DNA of 64,000 nucleotides, from the NCBI RefSeq assembly GCF_016432865.1, contig NC_067401.1, positions 190,340,001-190,404,000 of the forward strand, read 5' to 3'. The translations under genes and the position numbers were made by a program. This DNA comes from Antechinus flavipes (lineage: Eukaryota). The notes beneath the pieces are model-generated. The model made no database searches. It was not told where the DNA came from and saw nothing but the letters and a program-made list of their open reading frames with translations. Below, one piece after another: positions 45,425 through 56,895 of the stretch. Each line of letters starts with the position of its first letter. The stretch's first letter is position 1.

Positions 45425-47333
45425 AAGCTGAAGTTACATAGTTTAACCTAGTTACATAGACTATGATGGTAACTACTAATATAGATTAATAATATCTTTC
45501 ATACTTGTGTCTATTAATTAATAGTTGTGGTATTGCATTGACAAATTTCCACTGTTCACTTGTTCTGATTATAGAAATTTGCAATGAAAGGGAAAAAGAG
45601 GGGCATGATTATGACAATATTCAAGACCCTTTGAGGACATAGATTGGTTTGATACAAGACATAAAGGGGAAAAACTCCCTTAACTCAGTTTGATTTCAGA
45701 CATAGTTAATAGCCAATCATAAAACAAAGTTCCACATTATTCATAAGGGATCAAAACCAGGGTCAGAAGTAACTATGTGGGAAATTTTCCTATTCAGAAA
45801 GGAAATAATACAATGAGAAAACTGAGTGAAGAAGATCCCACTCTTGTCTACCCCTCAACTTTTCTAGACATAGACATCCATTTGCAGTCATTATCAGGTT
45901 GCACTTCTTTTCTGGGCAGCACATCTCTTGAATGATGAACATGACAATGGTTTCATGACAATTCAATCGTATCTGAAATCAAAACTGAGAGAAGATTTTA
46001 CCTCAAATAGCAAAATTTCACTAATTATTAGTTTTCTCATGTTTCCATGATAGTGAATAGTATTAAGTATATAAGGACATTTCATTTATCCTTAATTTAT
46101 AAATTAAGAATAATCTCTTTCTGTGTCTCAAAAAGCAAAACTGGAAAGATATCTGTTGTCTTTACTTCTGGCTTACCCAAAACATTCTTCAAAATTATTT
46201 TACTTTCTCACTGATTTAAATTAGTTTCTCTCTTTTCATAGTCAAGAAAAGAGTTAAGGTGGGACTTCAAATTTTTTAAACCACAAACTACCAAAAAAAA
46301 AATTTCCTTTAATCAGTGAAATCATCTTTGTCTCTTGCATTTGGCAGTAATATTGTCAATATCAAATGTAATATTCCTTTCTCTGTCTAAAGGCCATATG
46401 GGGAGTAATAAAGCCCTTCCTTCTCAACAATCCTAGGAATGTTGTTTTATTCCTCAATTTTTATTGAGTTACTTTCAATTAGGTTGGACTAAGCCCCACC
46501 CTAGGGATCATATAAAGAGAACTGATTTAGGCCAGCTACAGCTAGCCTAAAGTAGCATAAGTCTTTGCTTCTTTTATTTATGGCAAATTAGATCATGAAG
46601 GTTAAAAGAATCAGAATAAAGTGGATTTTCTTGCTTGGATTGCCAAGAATAGTGGAGGCTTCCTGACCAGGCCTTGCTTCTCATATGGATAACTCTTCCT
46701 TTCTTCCTGAAAGTATTATCTTTTTATAATTTCCATTGGTATATATCCATGTGCTCAGATATATGGGTGACTCAGAGTTATAGGTTAATGTTGCTTTTTT
46801 CCACTTCCTTCACTTAAGAGCTTGATTTATTTCAAGACTAACATTAATGGTGGCAGCAGAGAATTCATGGGAGAGTATATCTTTCATAGTTCTGGGAGTG
46901 AGCTTCTGTATGCCCAGATACTAGTATGAACTTCTTGTGTTCAGTCCCCAAGTCCCCTCCTATTCTGCTTGGTAAGTAACTATAATCCTGCTTGAATCCA
47001 GACTTCCATAAGTTTTGGATTGTGTCACCTCATTAATTGAGAATACTGGTAAAGACACATAAGCATTTATTCAGGTTCCATTTTATCTGGCACCTATGGG
47101 AATTGCAGCCAGTTAGATGGCTTTGCAGTATGGTTTGGACACTTGCAAGTTCTAGGATCGGATCCGCTAAAGCTGCTGACCATGGTGAGGATCCTTTAAC
47201 AAAGATAAATAAACTATTTAAAGAGGTCACTGTATTAGGCAGGGCTCCAAATCAAACATCCTGAATTAGACTCCTTTGATCAGTGGCTATTAAAAGCCAT
47301 TAAAAGAGAAACCTAATGTAGAACTTCATCCTC

Positions 47334-47891
47334 TGATTTCAGAAAGGCCTGGAGAGACTTACACAAACTCATGCTGAGTGAAACAAGCAGGACCAGGAGA
47401 TCGTTATATACTTCAACAACAATACTGTATGATGTCCAATTCTGATGGACCTGGCCATCCTCAGCAATGAGATGAACCAAATCAGTTCCAATGGAGCAGT
47501 AATGAACTGAACCAGCTACACCCAGGGAAAGAACTCTGGGAGATGACAAGAACCATTACATTGAATTCCGAATCCCTATATTTTTGCCTGCCTGCATTTT
47601 GGATTTCCTTCACAGGCTAATTGTACAATATTTCAGAGTCCGATTCTTTTTGTACAGCAAAATAACAGTTTGGTCATGTATACTTATTGTGTATCTAATT
47701 TATACTTTAATATATTTAACATCTACTGGTTATCCTGCCATCTGGGGGAGGGAGTGGGGGGAAGGAGGGAAAAATTGGAACAAGAGGTTTGGCAATTGTC
47801 AATGTTTGTAAAATTACCCATGCATATAACCTGTAAATAAAAGGCTATTAAAATTTTAAAAAATGTATATTAAAAAAAAAGAAGAAGAAAA
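47334..47891 (+). mobile_element. 5'-truncated LINE-1 (ORF2 C-terminus, 3'UTR, A-tail) with 14 bp TSD
   Basis: TSD agaactt(c/t)atcctc at 47320-47333 and 47892-47905. Same family as 51412-52211. Confidence 0.88.
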
Positions 47892-48479
47892 AGAACTTTA
47901 TCCTCCCAAGAAAACACCTAAAAACCCCAAAATTTGAAAGAAAAGGGCTAGATGTAAAATATTTCTCATAATTATTTTTTTAAAAGCTACAACATTTATC
48001 TTTGTGGAGTATAAAGTGTAGATTTGTAGTAATGTTTGTATTAATGTATGTGTGTGTGGAGGCAACTGGAGGGTAAAAACAAAGGGTAAAATCCTGTTAT
48101 CAGTCATGTTTTTTGTTCTGTGCTTCTATGTACTTTTATGTGCTTTTCAAATCTTTGCTTCAGCAGAGAGCCTAACAATATAGAGTTGTCTGTCCTACTA
48201 GCACAGGCTTATAAAGTGGAAGACTACCAATAAGCATCTCTATGTGCTTTTTTGGTCATATTATCTATGTTTAATGTATGGGCTATGGCACGAAGAAAAC
48301 AAATGGGAAAAGACAAAAATATTAAACAATGCTTGTGATTATCTTTGGAATTTTATTTCAAAGACACTGGAATGGTTTGCCATCTGACTATGATGAAAAT
48401 AAAACTGTCATCGATAAGAGAAATATGAACAAAAATTTCCAACTCAGATACTAAATAATGTTGTCCTAAAGAATGAAGG

Positions 48480-48830
48480 GTTAAAATAACAAAATTCATT
48501 TGGAAGAACAAAAGGTCAAGAAAATCAAAGGAGTTAATGAAAAAAATGTAAAGGAAGTAGGATTGGTAGTACCAGATTTTAAATTGTATTTTAAGGTGGT
48601 AATTATACTTTTTGTTACATTAAATTTAAATGGTTTTGAACAAATAAAACCAACTTAGCCAAGATTAGAAAGAAAGTAGAAAATTGGGGAAGGGGAATTC
48701 TATACATATTTTCTCACATAAAGATCTCTTATCTCAAATATATACAGAACTCTGGCAAATTTATAAGAATATGAATCATTCCCTAACTAATAAATGGTCA
48801 AATGATAAGAACAAGTATTTCATATCAAAT
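48480..48830 (+). mobile_element. Old LINE-1 ORF2 fragments
   Basis: Remnants of FIWKNKRSR...GL.VPDFKLY and KDLLSQIYTEL.QIYKN. Confidence 0.7.
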
Positions 48831-48964
48831 TTATATATATATATATATCATATAGCTTATATATTTTATATATGTACATACATAATGTCATTAAATAATA
48901 TACATGTTACATATATATACATATATAGTCTCATGAAAAAAATGTTCTAAATCATTATTGATTT

Positions 48965-49200
48965 GTTATTGTTGTTCAGTTGTATCTGATTCTTCATGAG
49001 TCTATCTGGGATTTTCTTGACAAAGATACTGGAGTTTGCCATTTTCTTCTCCAGCTCATTTTATAGATGAGAAAACTGAAGCAAATAGGGTTAAGTGACC
49101 TGCTTAGGATCACATAGCTAGTAAATATCTGAAAGCATATTTGAAATTAGGATTTCCTGACTCTGGGCCCAGCTCTATTTATTATGTCATCTAGCTGCCC
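48965..49200 (-). mobile_element. Mar1-type CORE/RTE SINE
   Basis: gttgttcag...ttttcttgacaaagatactggagtttgccattttcttctccagctcattttatagatgagaaaactgaagc; same family as the SINE at 41036-41760. Confidence 0.75.
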
Positions 49201-49299
49201 CTTATTATTGATTAGAGAATGCAAATTATTAAAAAAAAATCTCGTATCCAACTTTTAAAGCAAAAATAAATCTTAAAGCATAGCTTGACTAAAAGGATA

Positions 49300-49930
49300 C
49301 AAAAATTCCTGGAAAAACTAAAACAAGAGAAAAAATCACATAACTGTTACAGAAGAAAAAACTGGTAGGAAAATAAATAGCTTAGCCAAGATAGTAAAAA
49401 AAAAAAATTATCCAAGTATTGAACTCTAAAAATTAAAATGAACTAAATAGAACTCAGTTACTCCATGAAATGAGAAATATGGGGTCAAAATGAAGAGACT
49501 GAAAAATAGAAGAAAATATAAATTGTTAATTATTGGAAATAACTGAGCTAAAAAATAGGTTAAGCAGAGACAATTGAAGAATTATTTGGCTTCCTTAAAA
49601 CCATGACTAGAAAAGCATCTGGATACTATGGTGCTCATAAATGAATATTTTCCTTATTTATTCTAAGCAGAGGAAAAAGTGAAAATAGAACCAAGAAGTC
49701 ATCTCCTGAATGAAACCCAGAATTTGTCAAAACCAATAATGTATAACTCCCAGGTAGAATAAAAAAAAACACTTGCAAATATCCAGGAAAAAAAAAAGAA
49801 TTCAAGCACCATAGGATCATATATGAAAGAAATCTTGGAATTGTCAACTGTCTTGGAATTATTGCCTCTAGCCTGTGAATGACTAGAGCTGCACAAATCA
49901 TGCTAGAGACAGATAAGTTAAGACACAAAA
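49300..49930 (+). mobile_element. Degenerate LINE-1 ORF1-like fragment
   Basis: A-rich segment with L1 ORF1-like remnants (LENR.SRDN.RIIGLP pattern), heavily mutated. Confidence 0.5.
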
Positions 49931-50472
49931 AAAGTTTAATTTCCGAGTGAGGAAAATAATGTTTGCAAAAGGAAGTCCTCCTGCCAACTCCCCTGCTCTC
50001 CACCCCAAAATTATTGCTATTGATGCTTGGGCCACTTGCATACATGAAAGGGGTTATTCTACAACATATTATTCTTAGGTCTTAAGAATAGTTCTCATTG
50101 TTAGCATTTCTTGGGATGATACAGGTATTATTGAATCCTGCAGGAATATCCATTATCTTAAATCATAGGAGTCATAACCATCCTGTGGGGCACAGAGTAG
50201 AGTTCTATGATGATAACAGATAGTGCAGTATCTGTTAATGATAAGGAACACAGATTATGAAGAAGTGATGGATGGCCTTACTTCTGGAAAATAGGGTGTC
50301 TCCTAAATATTTTGACAGAACATGATTTTCCAAAAAGCAAAAGGTAAAAGTTTACAATAGAGAATAATTTAACCTTATAAGACTGAAGTTGATCCTAGGT
50401 GTTAAGATAGGGATTATATCTGCTTGGTACCAATGCTAGTACTTTAATTGTAATTTACAATCTTATCTAAAG

Positions 50473-50670
50473 CAGTAATTCTCAAAATTTTGTTTGTCTT
50501 TGTCTTTAAGTTATTAAAAATTATTGAAGATCTATCAAAAGAATTTTTATTTATGTAGGTTATATCTTTAGATATTTACAATGTTAGAAATAAAAACTAA
50601 TTTAGAATTTGTAGATCCTCTAAAAGGGTTTCAGAGACTCACAGTATTCTCTAGACCATACTTTGAGACT
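50473..50670. mobile_element. hAT/Charlie-like MITE remnant
   Basis: Begins cagtaattctcaaa and ends gaccatactttgaga, with CAG..CTG-type hAT termini that are degenerate. Confidence 0.4.
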
Positions 50671-51411
50671 ATAATTTTACAGTAACAATTGATTTAGAAG
50701 TAAAAGAGTTTTCTGTTGGGAAACAACAGAATAATAATTATTATGATGATTATGATTGTTATCATTATTATCATTATCATTTTGCCTCTATAGGCAATTT
50801 ATTGCCTATCACTGTTTTGCTTTATGCCTGTAAATTTCGGAGATCTTTTTGTTTCCAGAATTATGGTAATGCTCTTTTTAACCCAAATGAAGTATTGCTT
50901 TTTTTCTTGGTACTTTCCTATTTTATTTTTTCAAATTAAGTCTATTTTCCTTTTACCATGACCTTCTCCTATCAACACATGAATCTGTTTATTTTGAGCT
51001 TTTCACATATACACACACACACATACACAAACACACAATGACATTCACCAGCATTGCAAAAATGTCAAAGGTTAGTTTAGCTAGCTCTGCTTTCAGAAAA
51101 TAGACGTCAGTAGCTCCTCTTTGAACATGCCTTCAAAGTGGAGATTTTTTTTGGCCATGAACTTCTTGACATAATCTTGTGGCCTCTACTAATTAGTTAA
51201 CTCCAAAGCTTCCGACTGTATCTTTTAAATAAATAAATAAACTTTTTTGGTATCTGGGGCATGGCTGTAGCTGTTCCTGCCTTTTGATCTAGCTTCACTC
51301 AAAGTTAACCCAATAGCATTATCTTGATTCAGAATCAGTGGGGAAAAAATGTTTCAAGGTCCAGTAACATTGAGGAAGTAAAGGAATCCAGGATTCAACC
51401 AGCATATTCTT

Positions 51412-52211
51412 TTTTTTTTTAATTTTTAATTTTTAATAGCTTTTTATTTACAAGTTATATGCATGGGTAATTTTACAACATTGACAATTGCCAAATCTTT
51501 TGTTCCAATTTTTCCCCTCTTCCCCCCCCCATCCCCCAGATGGCAGGATGATCAATACATATTAAGTATGTTAAAGTATAAATTAAATACAAAATAAGTA
51601 TACATGACCAAACCGTTATTTTGCTGTACAAAAGGAATCGGACTCTGAAACAGTGTACAATTAGCCTGTGAAGGAAATCAAAAATGCAGACAGACAAAAA
51701 TAGAGGGATTGGGAATTCTATGTAATGGTTCTTAGTCATCTCCCAGAGTTCTTTCGCTGAGTGTAGCTGGTTCAGTTCATTACTGCTCCATTGGAACTTA
51801 TTTATCTCATTGCTGAGGATGGCCAGGTCCATCAGAATTGATCATCATATAGTATTGTTGTTGGAGTATATAATGATCTGGCTCTGCTCATTTCACTTAG
51901 CATCAGTTCATGTAAGTCTCGCCAGTCCTCTCTGTATTCATCCTGCTGGTCATTCCTTACAGAACAATAATGTTCCATAACGTTCATATACCACAATTTA
52001 CTCAACCATTCTCCAACTGATGGGCATCCTTTCATTTTCCAGCTTCTAGCCACTACAAACAGGGCTGCCACAAACATTTTGGCACATACAGGTCCCTTTC
52101 CTTTCTTTAGTATCTCTTTGGGGTATAAGCCCAGTAGAAACACTGCTGGATCAAAGAGTATGCACAGTTTGATAACTTTTTGAGCATAGTTCCAAATGGC
52201 TCTCCAGAATG
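51412..52211 (-). mobile_element. 5'-truncated LINE-1 with perfect 17 bp TSD
   Basis: tcaaccagcatattctt at 51395-51411 and 52212-52228. ORF 51832-52215(-) is the L1 ORF2 C-terminus (WNYAQKVIKLCILFDPAVFLLGLYPKEI...MFVAALFVVA.SWK..GCPSVGEWL.KLWY). Confidence 0.93.
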
Positions 52212-52770
52212 TCAACCAGCATATTCTTAAGTGAGCAATTCAGTTCTAGTCATATGGATTTAAATTGGAGGGTTAAAAGAAAGGGGACAATGGTTATGGC
52301 AAATCTTGAAAAGATCATGTTGATCTATACACTAATAAGAATCATAAGAAAAACACTTGTCCTATTTCCTTTTCTCAGGACTGAGCATCATGGAAGCTAT
52401 TACCAGAAATAAAGTCATTAACTTTCTTTTCATTAAAAATAAAACATTCTCATAGTTTATGGAAAAGGGAGGGCAACAGGCATTTATTAAAAGCCTACCA
52501 TATGTCAGAGACTGTGATAAATACTTTATTATTTTATCTCACTTTATCCAAAAAGTACTTTTATGTCAAGAAATTTATAAGGAATGCATAGGACATAGGA
52601 AAAAACATAGGAACGTATTTTCCACCCCCCTCCCCCCTCCTCCTTCCACCCTTCCCCCCCAACCCCCCAGAAGACATTGCTTTAAATCAGGACTTGCTTG
52701 AAAAGTTAACTGTTCCTGGTTGAATTACTTCTTGATCTGAAATTAGATATGTAGGGGAGGTATTGGAATC

Positions 52771-53465
52771 TTTACAAACTGTTGAGTCATTAGAGTTGAT
52801 AGAGACAATAATTATCTAATTCAGCATGGTTCAGTATCACTGATCTGATTTTACAAGGAGATGTTTTGGGCCAGAACCTGAAACAAGGTCCTAAGTAGAA
52901 CTAATTGATACAATGCTTGTGTTCACATCTTTACTCATTGGAGTTCACACTGTTTGGGAGATTTCAGGGTTTAGTATGAGATATCCGAATTCACACCTCC
53001 CTTGAAGCTCTCAGGGCCAGAGAGCACTTTGGGAGAAAACCCATAATCCCACTCTATGATATATAAGAAACAGACAGCGGCTCTGGGGAGAGTTCAGCTG
53101 AATTAGATTGGAGAGGAGCACGCTGGGACAGACGCAGAGCACTCTGGGAGATTGAGAGCCAGAAGCCCTCTCTTAGAGGCAAGAGAGATCCATTCCATTT
53201 TCCACCTGGCCGGCTGGAGGCTGAAGGACAAACCTTTGGATTTGGAGACATTTGGAGGGAGCTCTTGGAACCAAACAGTGAGATAGGCCACTAAGCTAAC
53301 CGGGCTATATTGGAAGCAATAAAAGATCTGGACTTTTAATACCTGGCTGCATTTTGGGTGATTATTTACTCAACTGAAACTAAGGCTGCCTCCAGAAAAC
53401 CTCCCTGAGAAACCTGCTCTCTCCCAGAGAACCATCTAATATTTTAAAGAAGAAAAACCCCAACA
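52771..53465 (+). mobile_element. ERV solo LTR related to 42363-42826
   Basis: Shares blocks actcattggagttcacact, aaacccataatcccactct, aagctaaccggg and actgaaactaaggctg.ctccagaaaacctccc. TATATAA at 53060-53066, AATAAA at 53318-53323, TSD-like gggagg/gggtgg. Confidence 0.78.
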
Positions 53466-53554
53466 GGGTGGATCTTGTCCCAAAGAAGGTGATGAAGATT
53501 TTTGATAGGACCACTCAGAGAAGAATGTTAGAATCCAGAAGCAGCTTATTCTTT

Positions 53555-53666
53555 TTTTTTTTTTTTAAATAAGTTTTTATTGATAGAACCCATGCCAGGG
53601 TAATTTTTTACAGCATTATCCCTTGCATTCACTTTTGTTCCGATTTTTCCCCTCCCTCCCTCCACC
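53555..53666 (-). mobile_element. Very short 5'-truncated LINE-1 3' end with 15 bp TSD
   Basis: agcagcttattcttt at 53540-53554 and 53667-53681. The insert is the reverse complement of the end of 44390-44688. Confidence 0.85.
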
Positions 53667-54292
53667 AGCAGCTTATTCTTTACCATTGTATTTCTGAGAA
53701 GAGATACCTGAAGAGGTCCCCAATCTCCCTGCCAGAATTTAATTCTCTTCCAAAGATCCTGAAGGAAAAGCAGCAGCACAATTAAAGCTAGCTGAGGTTT
53801 GCAAAGGAAGTAATTAACAGAAAGAAGATATTAGAATTAAGAGGGGTTGGGAAAGGCTTCCTGAAAAAGATGGGATTTTAGATGGGACATAAAGGAAACC
53901 AGAGAGGTCAATAGGTTGAGTTGAGGAGGGAGGACATTGCAGGTATGGAGGGAGACATCTAGAGAAAATGCCCAGACTGAGAGATGGGATATCTTGTTTG
54001 TAGAACAGCCAGTAGGCCAGTGTCACTAAATCAAAGAGTATATGTTGGGGAGTAAGGTGGAAGAAGACTGGAAAAGTAGGAGGGTCCTAGGTTATGAAGA
54101 GCTTTGAATTTCAGAGAATTTTATATTTGATAATAGGGACTCACTAGAGTTTATTGAGTAGGGAAGATAATATGGTCAGACCTGAGGGTTTTAAGGAGGA
54201 AAGATAATGAGTTTTGTTTTGGACATGTTTAGTTTAAGACTGGACTATCTCCTAGATTGAGATTCTGAAAGACAGTTTTGGATATGAGATTA

Positions 54293-55085
54293 GAAGTCAC
54301 ACTCTTATTTAACTTATTTGTTTGTTTTCTCGATAGTATTTTATTTTTCCAATTACATATAAAGATAATTTTCAACATTCATTTTTGTAAGATTTTGAGT
54401 TTCAAAATTTTCTGCCTTCCTTTCTAAACCTCTCCTCTTTCCAAGACAACAAACAATCTGATATTGGTTATCCTTATAAATAATCCTTGTAAATGTATTT
54501 CCATATTAGTCATATTGTGAAACAAAAATCAGAACGCAAGGGGAAAACTCCGAGAAAGAAGTCACACTCTTATTTACTTATTTGTTTGTTTTCTCGATAG
54601 TATTTTATTTTTCCAATTACATATAAAGATAATTTTCAATATTCATTTTTGTAAGATTTTCAGTTTCAAATTTTTCTGCCTTCCTTTCTTAACCTCTCCT
54701 CTTTCCAAGACAACAAACAATCTGATATTGGTTATCCTTATAAATAATCCTTGTAAATGTATTTCCATATTAGTCATATTGTGAAACAAAAATCAGAACG
54801 CAAGGGGAAAACGCCGAGAAAGAAGTCACACTCTTATTTACTTATTTGTTTGTTTTCTCGATAGTATTTTATTTTTCCAATTACATATAAAGATAATTTT
54901 CAATATTCATTTTTGTAAGATTTTCAGTTTCAAATTTTTCTGCCTTCCTTTCTTAACCTCTCCTCTTTCCAAGACAACAAACAATCTGATATTGGTTATC
55001 CTTATAAATAATCCTTGTAAATGTATTTCCATATTAGTCATATTGTGAAACAAAAATCAGAACGCAAGAGGAAAACCCCGAGAAA
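54293..55085. repeat. Tandem triplication, 3 x ~264 bp, derived from an old L1 3'UTR fragment
   Basis: Units start gaagtcacactcttattta at 54293, 54558 and 54822 and differ at only a handful of positions. Confidence 0.95.
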
Positions 55086-56619
55086 GAAAAAGCAAACAAC
55101 AACAACAATAAGGTGAAAATAAAATACTATGATTCACATTCATTTGATCCACATGGCATTTTGGATTTGTCTTGGATTACTGTTACGGCTGAGTGATAAG
55201 AAAAGAGGAAGAGAGGGAAAGAGGGAGTTCATAGTGAATAGCCTCATTTTTTTTCTGTAAAAGATGAGGCAAGCTTCTCATTTGAGGAGGGGAGGTGAGA
55301 GGGGAGCCATAAAAAATTTGGAGAGAGTTAAAAAGACTTGGAAAAGCCACAGTGAAGAGTGGGATTATGGGTTGATAAGGGAGGTATAGTAGGATTGCCT
55401 AGCAGCAATGAGTGAACACTTATGGCTCAAAAATGATCTCTTGGCTAAAGTGTTTCTGCTTTTCTGAAGTTTTCTTTTATATAATGGTCTACACAGCCTC
55501 ACAATTAAGAAATCTGCCAGGGGGTCTGTGTACAGGAATCGGATTTTCTAGCATGTGACTTTGTCCCCAGTTCTATAGGGCACAAGGGTATACCCTCATA
55601 TCCTCTCCAATCATCCTTTTATTAAGCTGGACAAAGTCAGAAGCTACTTCCTAAAATGCCCAGAAGATGAAGAGGCAAGGAGCTACATGCATGCTTCTCC
55701 TGGTAATGCCTTCCCCCCCCCCCCCCCCCCCAGGGAGATAAAGAAAAAGACTTAATAACCTGCAGCTTTTAAGAATTGTTTGTTTTCATTAACCTATAAA
55801 TAAATTTGATCATTCTTTAAACTTGGAGAATTGGTGAAGATATATGGGATATTGTTAGAGAAGAAGCTTTTTGACTATCTGAGTGGGGATTATGAATCAG
55901 AGAATCCAGAATTCTCCCAAGGAGTCAGTCAAGTTCTGATGGAAGACTGATCATGGCCTTGGCAATGGAAAGTCTAAAAGTCCTAGCTTTATTTCTAAGT
56001 GATCCTACACAAATGACCTTACTTAATCTCACTGAACCTCTGGTTCTTCATCTGGAAAACTTCCTTCTTCCCTCCCTTTCTTCATTTTTTCTTTTTTCTG
56101 AATAGAGGGGCCCCTTTCTCTTGCATTCATATATTAGAATAAAGAACAAAATGGAAACAGAAAAAAGGCAGTTTAGTCAAATCAACCAATACTTCAACCA
56201 CAACTGGTAACCAATAGCTATTCCATAGCTAGAGTCTTCCACTTCAGCTGAGAAGAGAGGGAAGTGGACTTTCTTAACCAGTCTACAGGACCAAGCTTGG
56301 TCATTCTAATTACCCAGTGTTCAGTTTCTTTATATTGTGATTTCTGTATTTTAACTTCTTTCAAATAATTTTTTCTTGCCTATTTCTCAGGACAACCCTA
56401 GGAGTTAGGTAAGATCCTTATAATTATCCCCATTTGAAGAAACTATTTCTTTGAATTAACTATGCCTCTTGAGGATAATTTTGTACAAGAACATCTCTGC
56501 CTCACTGGAGGTATCTGTAAGTGGGCAAAGAAACTAAAGGAGGATAATTATTGGAGATTCCCATTTCTCTGCTTGTAACCCTGATAGTTCATAAGCTGAG
56601 CTGAGACAGAAACTGGAAG

Positions 56620-56895
56620 GCTGGCTTCAAGGACCCTGTGTTCTGTTCTTGATTGATAGATGGCTCTCCAAGGCTAGAGAAATAAGGTTGGTTAAAGTGG
56701 TTCCTGAATAATTCTTTGACAATAAAGTCCAGTATAGGAAGGAATATTGAGTGCTTTGGTTAGGAAGGGGAAGGAATATCTCAGTCCCAAAGACACTTCA
56801 AGGCCAAGGGAATGAATGATGCCCAAGCGGGGTGGAGAAAGTGCAGTGGAGGTTATATTTGGCCTTTTGCCTCCCCTTTTTTGCCTTCCTATGCT
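56620..56895 (+). promoter_or_regulatory. CYP21 proximal promoter with SF-1 (NR5A1)-type sites and TATA-like box
   Basis: TCAAGGACC 56627-56635, CCAAGGCTA 56668-56676, TCAAGGCCA 56798-56806, GGGGTGG near 56830 and TATATTT 56854-56860. Confidence 0.7.

Noticed and set aside
45253-45455. 31 nt direct repeat (aagctgaagttacatagtttaacctagttac) on both sides of an N run
   Set aside because: A 37 nt island between two gaps that duplicates the next contig start is most simply a scaffolding artefact. It is not CRISPR-like or biological.
45425-47330. AT-rich unassigned segment; possible further ERV internal sequence or LTR near 47030-47330
   Set aside because: I found no recognisable protein motifs, primer-binding site, termini or TSD. 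It needs RepeatMasker or tBLASTn to classify.
56812-56895. In-frame upstream ATG giving a 28 aa N-terminal extension of CYP21
   Set aside because: The ATG at 56812 lies upstream of the TATA-like box (56854) and next to the SF-1 site, so it is likely outside the mRNA. ATG 56896 matches the human start and signal anchor.
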